A DNA stretch of 64,000 bases from Oculina patagonica. Its lineage: Eukaryota. The stretch spans positions 17,502,298 to 17,566,297 of the forward strand of contig NC_135763.1 in assembly GCF_052425735.1 (NCBI RefSeq), read 5' to 3'. The notes below the pieces were generated by a model. It was not told the DNA's origin, searched no databases, and saw nothing but the letters and a program-made list of their open reading frames with translations. The position numbers were made by a program, and so were the translations under genes. Shown one piece after another: positions 49,901 to 62,485 of this stretch (position 1 is its first letter; each line of letters opens with the position of its first letter).

Positions 49901-52900
49901 CATAATTCCTTGCAGTATCAGCTACAAAACACGTTTAACTCCACAATTAATTTGAGCGAAATTCATAGCGACATATCATCTTCGAACGACATCGAGTCGT
50001 CATATTCTCGAGTGAACGTTATGGATTTCGGTCGAAGAAATCAGTCCCCGTTTCTGGAGATTATTTCATTTTCCTTACAAGAAATGTCTTTACACATTCT
50101 ATGCAAGTGAAATAGAAGGTACCTTGCTGGGAGGTTAACGATAATTCGTTTCTCTGCAGAGCCAGGAGTGACCAGGAGCGTCCTTTTCTGCAGAGCTTAG
50201 TCGTTAAAAAGCGGCCATGACGTGTCATGGTCAAGTGACACAAATCCACTTTTCCAGGGATATACTTACTTATACAAAGAGGAGGACTGTTATATGGTGA
50301 AGAAGTCACCATGATTGTTTACGAGTTTAAGACTGTCTATTGATCTCACTGACATGTCAAGCTTTGCCATAAAAAAGTTCATAAAGTTGAAATGTTCTTT
50401 TGTCACGAGCGTGGGACAAAGAAATGAGTCAGTCCCCGACATGGTTCGAACCCATGACCTTCCATATACCTATATCTATCCCTATTAAACGTCAATTTAT
50501 GCGCAAAAAAAGATGCGTGGTGCAATACTAGGGAATCGCCTGTAAACGAAAAACTCTTTTTTTTTTTCACTTTTTTCATATTTGGATACGGCTAGCGCTC
50601 AAAATTTGGTTGCCAAGGAATCGAAGTCGCGTGAACAAAAACATGACATACCAAAACGTTCCCTGATAAATGCTTGGAAAAATCACAAATGTTTGCTCGT
50701 TATCCCCTCCTCTGCCTTCAGTCTAAATAGGGTTTAACACCCAGTTTTATCATGATTGGCAATATAAAATGATTAATAAGTTTATTGTTGTACAGATTTA
50801 AATAAAATCTCACCTTCAGTTGTCTAAAGAGCTGTCACTTGTTATGGGGCAACATACGCCCTTTTAAAACTGACTGTGTCGTGCAAGTGCGTTTGGGATT
50901 ATTAATAAAAAAAAAACAGAAATAGGAAACGATGAGCTGAAAACAGCTTAGGGTGCTAGGAAATAAAGACTTTCGTTTGCATTAAGCTCGTCAATCTTGT
51001 CAATAACTTTGCTTGTCAAGTTTGTTTCGCAAGTTTTCAATGCAGCCAATACATTATCCCCTCGCCTCGGCATAACGTTAGCTTACGTTTTGGAAGGTTC
51101 TCTCGTCTGCATTTACCATTCCAGATTTCTAGTCAACTAAGCTTCCGTCAAGTTTCTCGGAGGGATTTGACCAGAATGGTTCTCAGTGAGTAAATGAGTA
51201 AGAAAATATAAATATTTTCTGACGGCATGTATCCATATGTTCTGATACTTGAGCAATGTACGTTACAATTTCAAGAGGTGCATCGGCATCAGGACAAGGT
51301 AAAGTTAACAAATTGCAAGTTAATGGTTCATTTTAAAACAATACTCTTGTTCAAAATTGCAATCATGACGTTGTCAAAGTAGCTGTGAACATGGTAAATG
51401 TTATAGAACCCCAAGGCACTTTGTTGATAGTGATACAATGAACTGAAATTAGCGAGGTTACGTAAAAAAAGAGCAGATAAAGGCTTTGTCTGCCCTTTCA
51501 TTGATAAATTGTGATTTTTTTTTTTTTTTAATCACTTATTGTAAAAAAAAAATCGTTTGTAGAAGTATGAAGATTGTGCTTCACTGTACGTTTTGTGCAG
51601 TGTTTTGGTAACTATTGTAGATTTAAGTTAATAAGTTATTAGTCATTGTGCAGTAACGCTGCAAAGAAGTAAAATTTATTAAGTTTTTATTAGCCATGGC
51701 CCAGTTGTTCAAAGCACGATTAAGCTAATCCAGGATTAGTGTGAATTTTGATTTCAGGTATTTAACTTTTTAGTGAGGTTTTCTGCTTACGTCCCTCCAG
51801 TTTTGAGGTCGACTAATCTCAAACTTGACAAAACATAAGCTATTAAAAACACTTTTGTACATTTTCATTTCGACCAACTTAAAATCCTGGCTTAGTGTTA
51901 ATCTGCATTTGAATACCCCGGTCCTGCGTGTTTGCAGACTAGATTTCCAGGGACGTGTGATCCCAATACGGCTGGAAATCGGATCTTTGCTTATGAAGCA
52001 ACGGAAATACGGGCGACGCCTGCACGCATGCTAAATTTCATTAGAAGGTTTCGTTTTTCCCACATTCCTGACTTTTTTCCCTGAAGAGTATCAGGGTTTT
52101 TTTTTCAGGATTCTTGGGGCCTTCGACGTCTTTGCTAGATTAATATATGTATCCATAATTACTCCAGCGGAGTTAAGATGGTGGGTTATTCTTACGCCAA
52201 CTATAGCGAGGTAGTAAAATTGCTCTATGGAAATGATTTCTTTTTTACGAAGTCAATACAACATTCAAAGCAACATAGGGGCAGTTCTCAGGCCCTCTGT
52301 CACGCAACCCTGCGCTCTTGAAACAGTAGGGGCGTCGGCGTAACATCTAAACAGATGATTAGGTAACGTCACTTTTAACATACAAAAACAATATTAATCA
52401 CTTGAAAACGATCATAATTCTTACATCCAGTGACTGTAATTTAATAGTCAAACTGTATGTAGTTATAATAAAGGGTATAACAAAATGCTCTGTTTCTTTG
52501 TGTTCAATGGATAAATGGCGTTATAAGGATTGTTCACCTTTTGCTATAGACGCTTTATTAAATTTTTGCAATAACGGACCTTTATAAAGCAAAAACATCC
52601 AATGATTTGACACTCGGACAGGACGTTGACGAAGTCATATAAATATGAAGCGCAGGTTATACTAATGTGGCGTGCAATGGTGCTATATCAATTAAAATTA
52701 AAAAGGGAAAGAAAAGAAAAGAAAAGAAAGGAAAAAAGAGAAAAAAATACCTCAACCTTTACGTTTCAAAACACGGGGATATGTATCAGACAAGCCTCTT
52801 TTACAAGAAGCTGGAAGCACACGAGTAGCAAAAATGTTAAGAAAATAATATTTTTCTAAAGATTTCCGCTGGTCTTTGTGTTTACTGTGCAACAAGCTAC

Positions 52901-54859
52901 TTCGTTTTCGGCAGAACGGCATTTGTTTTGTAAAAGGACTAGAATTCATCTGTTATAACTAGTTTTCCTTTCTTTTGATCCCATATCATGCGCGCAAAAT
53001 AAACGGGTATATTGCAAAAATTATAAATAATTTGTACCAGAATTACATACATAAAACAGTCAGAGTAATCCAACCTTAAAGCATTAAATCAATCAATTTT
53101 TGAAATGTTTAGCACAAAAATACACACATTTTGAAGTCCTTCCTAGGCTGTGCTCCATTCTCAAAAGATGTGACAAGTGGTATGCATTTTTTCTACACGT
53201 ATGTGCGAAACAATGCGTCAGTAAGCCGCAAAGCTAAACTTGCGAAAGAGAGTAGTTACATGTACTTCACTTCATTTGAAAGAAAAGGTGCTCAACGTAA
53301 GTGACACATCAACCACAATGTTCTTTGTTCAACATCTCTCTTCCTTGTCTCTCATTTTCCATGCATAACCTGGAGTACGCCATAACGGCATGCACGTTCA
53401 TAACACGTTTTACATCTCTCCACATTGTGATATAACGACTGGTAATGTGGGTCTGTTGTTGGGTCCTACAGGAACATTCTAGATCATGACAAAAAAGGAG
53501 AAAATTATATTAAGGGGTGACTCGAGGTCATTTTGACTATCGCAGTAGTATTGCAACAGTTGAAGTACTATTGCAATAGTATTGCGACAGTAGTGATGCT
53601 ATTGCGATGCTATTGTAACCCGGCCCGCCAGAACAACGCACGCCTTATTACCAAATAGTAATTTTTGAGTTGTACTTGTTATTCCACCAATAATCAGAAA
53701 ATATGGTCAACACCAGCGGACAAAATCTTGGGGACAAATCTTTGCAAAACAAACATGCTGGCGAAGTCTATAGACTTCCCATTTCCGCTTTTATGAACCT
53801 CCAAGTAAAATGAACGTAAAAAAAATGACAGCATAGTTAGTGGAGAAAAGAAACGCATACAGAAATAATTTATAGGCAAAGAAGAAGTACTTCAAGGGAT
53901 TATTAATTTTGAAAACTATCATAACTATCAATAGGTAACCATCGCGATTTTTATCAACATTTGAACATGCAAACGATGCATTCATTGCTATCTGAACACT
54001 TACAACTACGATATACATGGATAATTCGATGAAGCGTTACATTCCTATTGCAAGAACAATAACTACAAACATTCCGTATGACCTGAATTGGCTAAAAACA
54101 ATTCCAACAAACACACTTTCTTACAGGTTAGAAAGAAAGTCCATGACACTTTTGATCTGCTGGTCATTGTTTCAGGTTCTATTTGGAACAATTTTACTTC
54201 GTGTGATATCCAAGGCTTAATATTTTTAGCCATATTACAAAACAAGGAACATAGTTCAGTTGTATATTGTCGAGTGTAGAAAAAATAAACAAGCAAATCA
54301 AAACAAAAACACAAGCCATGGTACTATCACAGTACAATTCATCTTCGTATACACCAGTAAATTTTACTGAAAACAAAATCTTTCTGCTATTAACTTATTT
54401 ACAATATGAAGTGTGCAGACCTACGTTGTTGTGTTGTTGCTGCTGCAAGGTATTTAAAAAGCAGATAAAATAATCATGTGCATGTACCTCTATTTTTCTC
54501 ATTACTAGCAGCCCATCAACGACTTTTCCTGCAAATATTGATGAAGACTAAATTACCATTTTCAGTGATAATTAGATACATGTTCACCATGTATTTTTAT
54601 TGTTTCCTTCATCTATTAAAATATTACTTTTAATTTTTACTACTATAACCATAATTTTATTTTGAATTTAAATCATGTTAAAAAAAATGACAGCTTGCGC
54701 CATTAACTGAAAAAAAAAAAAGTTGATTCAAACATCCACTAACTACATGTACCTGTAATTGACATGTTACATGCTGCAACTTCTGTTCTCCCAACTCTAT
54801 GCCAATCCGGCCATATTCTTTATTTTAATCAAACCCTCAACTCCCTACAACACCACAGC

Positions 54860-55110
54860 CACAGCTGGTTCATCAGGCCGGACATTATCCCAGTTTCAGT
54901 AGCATGAAGTGACTAGAAGTATTTCTACTACCCCCCTGGATGGGATCCTCAACCATTGCAGGGATACCCCCAGCATTAAATTCGTCGGTACCCATTTATA
55001 CACCTGGGTGAAGAGAGGCACTATGAGAGTAATGTGCCTTGCCCAAGAACAACACAATGACCCTGGCCAGAGCTTGAACCTGGAGCACCTCAGGATGGTC
55101 ATTGCAGTGT
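54860..55110 (+). repeat. Interspersed repeat family Y (SINE-like), the most complete copy. caggccggacattatcccagtt...ctactacccccctggatgggatcctcaaccattgcagggatacccc...tttatacacctgggtgaagagaggcactatgagagtaatgtgccttgcccaagaacaacacaatgaccctggccagagcttgaacctggagcacc
   Basis: It shares about 150 nt with 49735..49900 and about 100 nt with 560..680 (same orientation). The 3' part (gccttgcccaagaacaacacaatgaccc.ggccag.gcttgaacc) has a tRNA-like T-arm/acceptor look typical of SINE heads. The track ORFs 54896..55135 and 54909..55112 overlap it and are spurious. Confidence 0.5.
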
Positions 55111-56466
55111 AGGTCAACCGTACACATGTGAACATTTAATAGCGTGTTTCACATATAATTAGCAGTAAAAGACTTACCAAACACAACATGCTTTCCATCT
55201 AGAAAATCACACTTTGCACAAGTTATGAAGAACTGCAATATTGAAATGCAATCATGTTAAATTAAGTTATCTTTTGTACATGTATACACAAGCACTCTTA
55301 AATGGAATTTTGAAGGATTTGATGAGAGGAGAGAATAGCTGAAAATTAAAATTATTAATTATATATTACGCATACTTATACATTGGTTGACTGTCATGAA
55401 GGCTGAATTATAAAATAACTGAACATTAAAAAAAGACTGAAAAAATGACCTAAAGCTAATTTTGACCTGTAACAAATACAGTGAAATACCACAAATGTAC
55501 ATTGTATAGGCTTTGACATTCTTTTTTGTTCTGTGTGGGCAGAAAGAAATGTACAAACATTGCAAAACAGTACTCAACAACAGCGCTGACACACTTATGC
55601 ATATTAACTGTACTTTACTCTGAATAATTGGATGCTTTTTACAATGACTGTTTTTAATAACAATTATACTGTCAGTCAACCAAAAAGCTGGCGATCCTCT
55701 TTTAGTCTAACTAACCTGGCATCCATTGGAGTTTGCGCCACTATTTGCCTAAAAAGATGATAAACAACACAGGTAGCCAGATCAATTAACAACACTGAAT
55801 GTGTAAATGTCAGCTGGTACACAACAAAGATGAGAATAAATGTCTCACCAGAATGTTGCACTGTACTGACATGTATATATTAAACATATTCCTGCCATAA
55901 TGATAAACCCACCATAGACAGCAAGCCTGGTCCAGTGTGTTTCATTTTAAAATTTTCATCTGGGAAGGCAACATCTCCATATATACTGCTAACCCCTGTG
56001 CCGTCACCCTACAGAGGGACAATCATGAGTTATTACTATACATGTACATCTAGACGGGTCTGTTAATGGTTACTGCACAAAAGTTTTGACACAAAAAGGG
56101 ATATAAAAAAGTAATGAAAAGAGAGTTGCTTAAAACTGACATTATTGGACTGACTTAGTTGCAATGGAGCATTAATGTGGGGAATAATTATAATTAAAAA
56201 GATTGGGAATTATAAGTTATTAATAATAGCCTCCACTAATTGCAATCTACTAGTCTTAGTCAAAGCTGAGGAATTTATAATACTTATGGCCAATGCATTA
56301 GGGTTGCCAGTTTTAGAAATTAATTACAATATTAATAGTGACATTTTTAACAGGGTTGTTCTCATGATAATAATAATAAAGACATAATTACATAAATTAA
56401 TCAAAAATTACATGTACCTGCAATAACAAGAATTCTTCATGGTCAACAACCTTTAATTGTACAATT

Positions 56467-57104
56467 GAATAGCTTGGTGCTAAAGGATGCTAAAAGACGG
56501 CAAACGCTCACTCAGTCAACAGAACAAAACAGAATCGTCAGAAAAAGATACTTTTCACCGAGAAAAGTAACAGATTGCTTTCCAGAAATAAATGGCCAGA
56601 ATGTTTAAAAGAACAATCGTAGCTCGCGAGTCAAGATCATTGCGTTACTGCATGCATGACTACGGAGAGAAACTGGGGCCAAAGCGAAAACATAATATTA
56701 TGGATTAACCTTTAGCAGCCTAAATTTGCTGACTGAAAACGAAAAGTTGAACATTCAGTGAGTGCGTTTTGTGGTTAGAAGCTGGCGAGACGAAAGAACA
56801 ACGGCGTAAGTTGTTTTTGTTTAAGTATTTCTCGTTCCTTTTGCAGTATATTTTTCACTTCTTTTTACTGTTCAGTCGCTCAAGTTTGTCGAGGCTATTT
56901 GGCTTTGTTTTCGCCTTATTGTTTTGAAGTGACCATAGTCCTAGTTTTTCTCGAAGACAAGGTGCAAACCAGCAATTTGAATTAGGGGACAGTGTTTTTC
57001 CATTGAATTGAAGACCACACGCTAAACTTTAGGCACGTTTGAAGGAAAAAAACGATTTTTTTTATCCAGAACGTCACTTAGCATCCTTTAGCACCAAGCT
57101 ATTC
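56467..57104. mobile_element. Non-autonomous DNA transposon (638 bp) with perfect 26-bp TIRs (gaatagcttggtgctaaaggatgcta / tagcatcctttagcaccaagctattc) and a 4-bp TSD AATT.
   Basis: The TIRs are exact reverse complements (56467..56492 and 57079..57104). The flanking AATT sits at 56463..56466 and 57105..57108. The interior is non-coding. Perfect TIRs and a perfect TSD suggest a recent insertion. Confidence 0.65.
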
Positions 57105-58322
57105 AATTATTCAAGTTTTACAGCTTGTAACTATCAATTATAAACTGATCTCTAAAATACATTAATTAAGTTAAACTTACCTTTACAAAATCCCCTCCTT
57201 GGATCATAAAGTCCTTTATAACTCTACAGAATCAAATCAATATACACAACAAGTAGCTGAAAACTGTTTTACTGACAACATACACTGTAAATTCAACAGT
57301 TACACACTGTGTATGGCAGAAATGCCAACCTCAAAAAACTGTGAGACCGAAAGATTGCGCTATGAAACCTCTTCTCAACCCCCAAAACGGACCAAAAAAT
57401 AATGCTCTGCAGATTTTAAAATACGACAAATATTTAAAAAAAAATAATGTTCCCCCAAAATCTGCTCATTAAATAACCTTGGAAACGATTGGAAACATGT
57501 ATTTTAAGCACTTTAATTTCGAGAGATGCGGTCTGTATCTGGTCCGACTCCTGGATAATCGGGAAGAGTTGGCGTAGATGGTATACAAGTAGTACATGTA
57601 TTGTTTGTCAGTAAAACTACAGTGTATTAAGACTGTACACATTCACAGATAAGCTGCAACCCTGAATTTGGCAACTTAACTTTTGAGAAATTTAACAAAA
57701 AAAGAAATCAAAAGAAATCTAATGTTGAGTCCTTAGAAGTTGTCTTCATCAAACCTAAATTTACTGACATTGAAATGGAAAATACCCACCAACTCAAAGT
57801 CACAATCTTAGCTCTTTAATAGAATAAACATAGTGTCCACCAACTTTGACGTGTGATTGACCTTTTTTGGTATTTGTTGAGAAACCTTTCTTCAATGAAC
57901 ACAGTTTTTCCATAGAGTTTTGACAATATGAACATGTTCATTGTTGTAATATTGGAATGTTCATAGCTTAGAAACCAGGCATTAGATTGGACAATTAAAA
58001 ATTGGACACCAGAAGCAGCACAAAAATTTCCAAATGTTCTTGCAGATAAGCTGCACCCCCGGACATTTGAATGACAATTTAATTATCACTGACATTAATT
58101 TTGTTTCTTTCTTGAAAATTGTAATAATTATATGATTAGTTTTCAATCTAATCAACAAAAACAAACCTATGGAAGGTAGCCCCTTTATATCCTTGAGGTA
58201 TTCCTTCTTTTCTGAGAAAAGTAAAAAAAAAAGGAGTTTATTAAAATTTACAAAATTTTTGCTCCACACATGTTTTGTAAATGGCCTTCACATTTAACAA
58301 GTGCGATTCCAGAAGACATACT

Positions 58323-58453
58323 AATGGCTGATTCCCTCTATGGCGCACGCCTGCAGGGAATTATGGTAATCGTATTCATCAAACCATGTGCAAGACTAAG
58401 CAATGATGAATACAACTACGGTGATTCCCTTCAGGCGTGTGCCATAGAGGAAA
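58323..58453. mobile_element. Small foldback/MITE (about 130 bp) with TIRs atggctgattccctctatggcgcacgcctgcaggg / cccttcaggcgtgtgccatagaggaaatcggccat.
   Basis: The two ends are near-perfect reverse complements. The track ORF 58270..58464 is an artefact of translating through the palindrome. Confidence 0.5.
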
Positions 58454-58597
58454 TCGGCCATTGAGGGAAATATTTATATTATTGAAGTAAGATACATGTT
58501 TGCTTTTTGTTTCACATCTCCTCCATCTAATGAACTGATAACATATAAGGGAGGACTATACAAAACTAATTCATTTGGTGGTTTTCATCAGAGTTAC

Positions 58598-58690
58598 ATT
58601 GGCTGTTTGAGGGGCTCTGTAGATCCAATGGTAGAACAGTAGACATGATACCCAGACTGGAGGTCCTGGGTTTAACTCCCACCTGAGCTA
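58598..58690 (+). pseudogene. tRNA-like fragment (GGGGCTCTGTAGATCCAATGGTAGAACAG...GGTCCTGGGTTTAACTCCCACCTGAGCTA), probably a SINE head.
   Basis: There is a T-arm-like GGTCCTGGGTTTAACTCCCA and a D-arm-like AATGGTAGA. The stems are imperfect, so it is not a canonical tRNA. Confidence 0.3.
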
Positions 58691-61600
58691 TTCTTCTTAT
58701 TTTTTATTTTTTTAGTGGCCAAGATTTACAATTCATTTATTTGATAATGACTGGGGCTCAGTTACCTGTATTCTCCAGTGCACAATTGTCTATAAGGTTA
58801 AAAAAAAAATAATAACAAACAAAACAACATCACAAAAAACACTAGGTTACATAAATGCACACAAAACTTTAAATTTGAATCACAAAATGTCACAAATATT
58901 CTTTGCCAGTCTTGCCAGGGGCTGCTATACTTACACTGTATAATGGCCTTGGGATGTGGGATTTAGAACAAAAATGCCCCCAAATCTGATGTAGGCAATG
59001 ATTGCTGTACCACCCTCCCAATCCCCCTCCCCCCCCCCCCCACTCCTTCCAAGGACATACAAGTATGTAGGCTGAAGTCAGGGTATGGCACATCTACAAT
59101 AGATTGTGTGTTTTCAGAAAATATCCATATCCCCCCACGGATGGTCGTTCCGTTTTAACCCCCCCCCCCACCCCCTGGAATTTCCATTCCAGAGGGTCTG
59201 TGGTGGACTCCCCCACCCCCCAGGAATTTCCAGGTTTCTTTTTTAACTTTTTTTTAAGGTATCAGCCACCCTTCAGGACCGTCCGCGCCCGGATCGCTCC
59301 AGCGCTTTTGTTTTTAATACAAACCCCTACAAACCACACATTTTCTGAAAGCTTAATAGTTCCAGATTATGAATTATTCCTTTAAAAATGACGAAAACTT
59401 AAAACACACGCAAAATTGAGACGTTTTTGCGAAAGTATATGTCTGTGTAAATCAAGCTCTGGGCCCACCGAAATTAAGCGGAAGAAAACGAAAAACATCG
59501 CGTTTGCCTCTTAACACCTTTCTCTAAAAAACCGTGTCTCAGATTTTTGACAAGTGCGTTTGTTCTTTTGTAATGCGCAGATGAAGTTAGGGGAGACGAA
59601 TCATCGCCACTTCCTGTGGAAAAATATAAATTATTCGAAAACGAGAAAAGAAAACAAAAATCGCAGACACGGTTTTTTATCTGGCAATAAGCTGGCCAAA
59701 TTTCAGCCAAATCGGTTCAGGGGCTGCCGACTTGGAGTTAAAAACGTACGTTCAACTTGTCGAAATTTTCTTTCCGAGAAAAAAAAGCGAAATATATTTT
59801 TCGCGGAGTCTTACCCATAATGGGATTATAACGCCTGGAACGTCAAGGTTGATGCTTACCAGAAAGGGTCATCCTTCTCTAACAATAGATGCTTGACAGG
59901 TTACATTCAGCATGCAAAACATTTACGCGGAACGTGGCGATATATTTTTATCTTCTGACCGGATACAAATCGAGGTTTATACAGTTTATAGAAAATTCAA
60001 AATTTTCGCTCTACATACGTAGCCGCATTTATGTTATATAATTTGACATGCTTCGAGTTTGGTGGTGCTTATTCATCAAAAGCGCGACAAAGCCGGTAAC
60101 AAACGGCGATTGCAGCTGAAAGTGAAGGTGAAGCCTCGAAATAACGTTCGGTCAACACAAAAGAAAACAGGCTTGCCGAAATGAGACTAGTAGTTCTAGC
60201 TGGGTAAGAATAAATTTGATTTAAGGCTTACATATTTTCAGACAACAAATATCGTCGATTGTAAACCCTAAATGTTTCACAAGGCAGGCCGTATCCACCG
60301 TCACTGTCGTTTTATTTCCATATTTATGCGTGTCTGTTTCCATTGAACAGTAGCGCGTCTTCTATTCTATTCAGTGTGACCACTTTCTAGATCTTCAACC
60401 GGTTCTTCAACATGAATTTACGATCGGCTTTCATTTGCTGGCGTGGAAACCGACTGCCCGCATTCGGCGCTTACCGCTTGTTCTTGCAAATATGTTCTTG
60501 CGTGAACAATGGATCTGGGATTTCGTGACGCGTTGACAGGACATCTCAACGGGCAATTAACATAATTAACCTTGCAAAAACTTTATCGCGCAATAACTTC
60601 GCGCAGAAATAAGATTTTTTTGTGAACTTTTTTGTAAAAGAACGCCCTTGAAGAGCTTTATCTGAACATCACAAAATCTCAAATTTAGAAAAACTGCACC
60701 TTTTAACGGTGGCTGATACCTTAAGCCTTAACAAATTTTTAGCATTGTATGCTTATTACAGGGCCTCTGATATAATGCGCAGGGTCCGAAATTGCGCCTT
60801 CCTGGTCGCCAATGCGACTAAATATTGAGAGCTGGCGACCAGAATTTCACAACTGATCGCCCGCTGGCGACTAAGATGCTTTGTAAGAGTATTCAGAGAA
60901 ATTGATTAACGATAAAATTCGGAGCCTTTTTTTAACAATTTATTGACTCACTTTTTATCTTGGCGATGTCCTTGAAATAACAGTGAAGTAAATTTCTACC
61001 TACATAATGTATAAACTCCGCAACAGCTCAGCCAACAGCTGCGATCAACACGACTCGAACATTGTGAGCCGCCATGTTGTTTATCTCAGCGGTTTTCCCT
61101 ATGACGTTTTTGCGGGCGCGCCGAGCAATGTGCTTTCGCTACGACGTTCCACGAACGCAACATTGTTGTCACTGTGTTGAATGAAAAACTGCCTGTCGAA
61201 ATATGTCAGAAAGTTGGTGGAAATGATGTTTTTTATATTTAAGAGCGGAATGTTTGAGTAAGACTGTAAAGTATTTTCCGTTTAAATGTTAGAGAGTTAA
61301 CATTCGATGAAGTAGAGTTCTTAAGACTCTACTTATAGGCAAGTACAGCATTTCTTTGAGTGGTTACGGTCTGTAGAACTGGCTTTCATATCGTCGTTGT
61401 TTTGTGGTTTAATTAAGCTGTTTTTGAGTATACAAAGCAGAAGCAGAAGCAGAACAAGTGTTTCATCTTAAAGTATAAATGGAAAGTCAATCGAAAAAAT
61501 TGGCGACCAGAAATTGCCATCTGGCGACTAAAATGTTCGGTCCGGTCGCCAGCTGGCGCCGATGTAAAAAAGTTAATTTCGGCCCCTGATGCGACCTTGC

Positions 61601-62347
61601 GATTTCGCATAATTGACGTCAAATCGCAACTATTTGCGTAGTTCATCACAAATCGCATAATTCGTACAAAATCGCACAATTTGAGAAAAGATTATAAACT
61701 AAGAAAATACTCACTTTAACTAAGTCCTAAGACAATTTCAACGTTGTTTCAAGGTGGTTTACCTGTCAAAAAACCTCGGAAAACCCCTGATGTGGTTTCC
61801 AATCGAACAACATTACTTCGGGCAGGCAACTTCCCTTTTCAGTTTCAACTTAGCCATAACAACATTCCCATAAAATAATTTGCTTTCTGTCTTTGCTTTA
61901 ATTTGTGTATTGTATTGAAGTTTACAAGGGCCCTCTCCGAAGGATGACCGTGATCTCCCAGCAAAGAAAAAGACGTTTGAGACTAGCATCTTGAATTTCT
62001 TTTTGGAAAGGCCATCTGTTTCAAATTTTATGGCGCTACAAATCAAAAATTCAGGTAAGTTTGTCTTGCACACTTTGCGTCGTTTGTGGACAACCCTGGA
62101 AAATTATTTGCGTTGGCACCCCCATACCCCTCGGAAATTTCAACCTTTTAGCCCCCCACCCCCTAGGAATTTCCATTGACCATCTGTGGGGGGGGGGGGG
62201 TATGCATATTTTCTGGAACCACACATTGCTGGGAACTTGTAGCTGATGTCGCGCCGGCAATGCTGGTGAACACAATCAAAGTGTTTCCCTCCACTTGCAA
62301 CTGAACTCTTTTATCACGAAATTCTGTGAAAACATATCTACGTAATT

Positions 62348-62485
62348 GTTTTTGGGAAAGATTTCCGCACAGCCCCCTACATTAATTATGTATGCAACTA
62401 TTTCATACTATCACTATACATAAACAGCAGCAGCATATTGTATATATATGCTTAATTAATGTAGGGGGATGTGCGGAAATCTTGC
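62348..62485. repeat. Foldback/MITE (gaaagatttccgcacagccccctacattaatta / taattaatgtagggggatgtgcggaaatcttgc).
   Basis: The roughly 33-bp arms are reverse complements flanking an AT-rich loop. Confidence 0.5.

Noticed and set aside
50395-50470. tRNA gene suggested by ggttcgaaccc T-loop
   Set aside because: Only a T-arm-like hairpin is present. The upstream sequence is the terminus of the small MITE family (also at 735..870), and there is no D-arm, anticodon arm or acceptor pairing.
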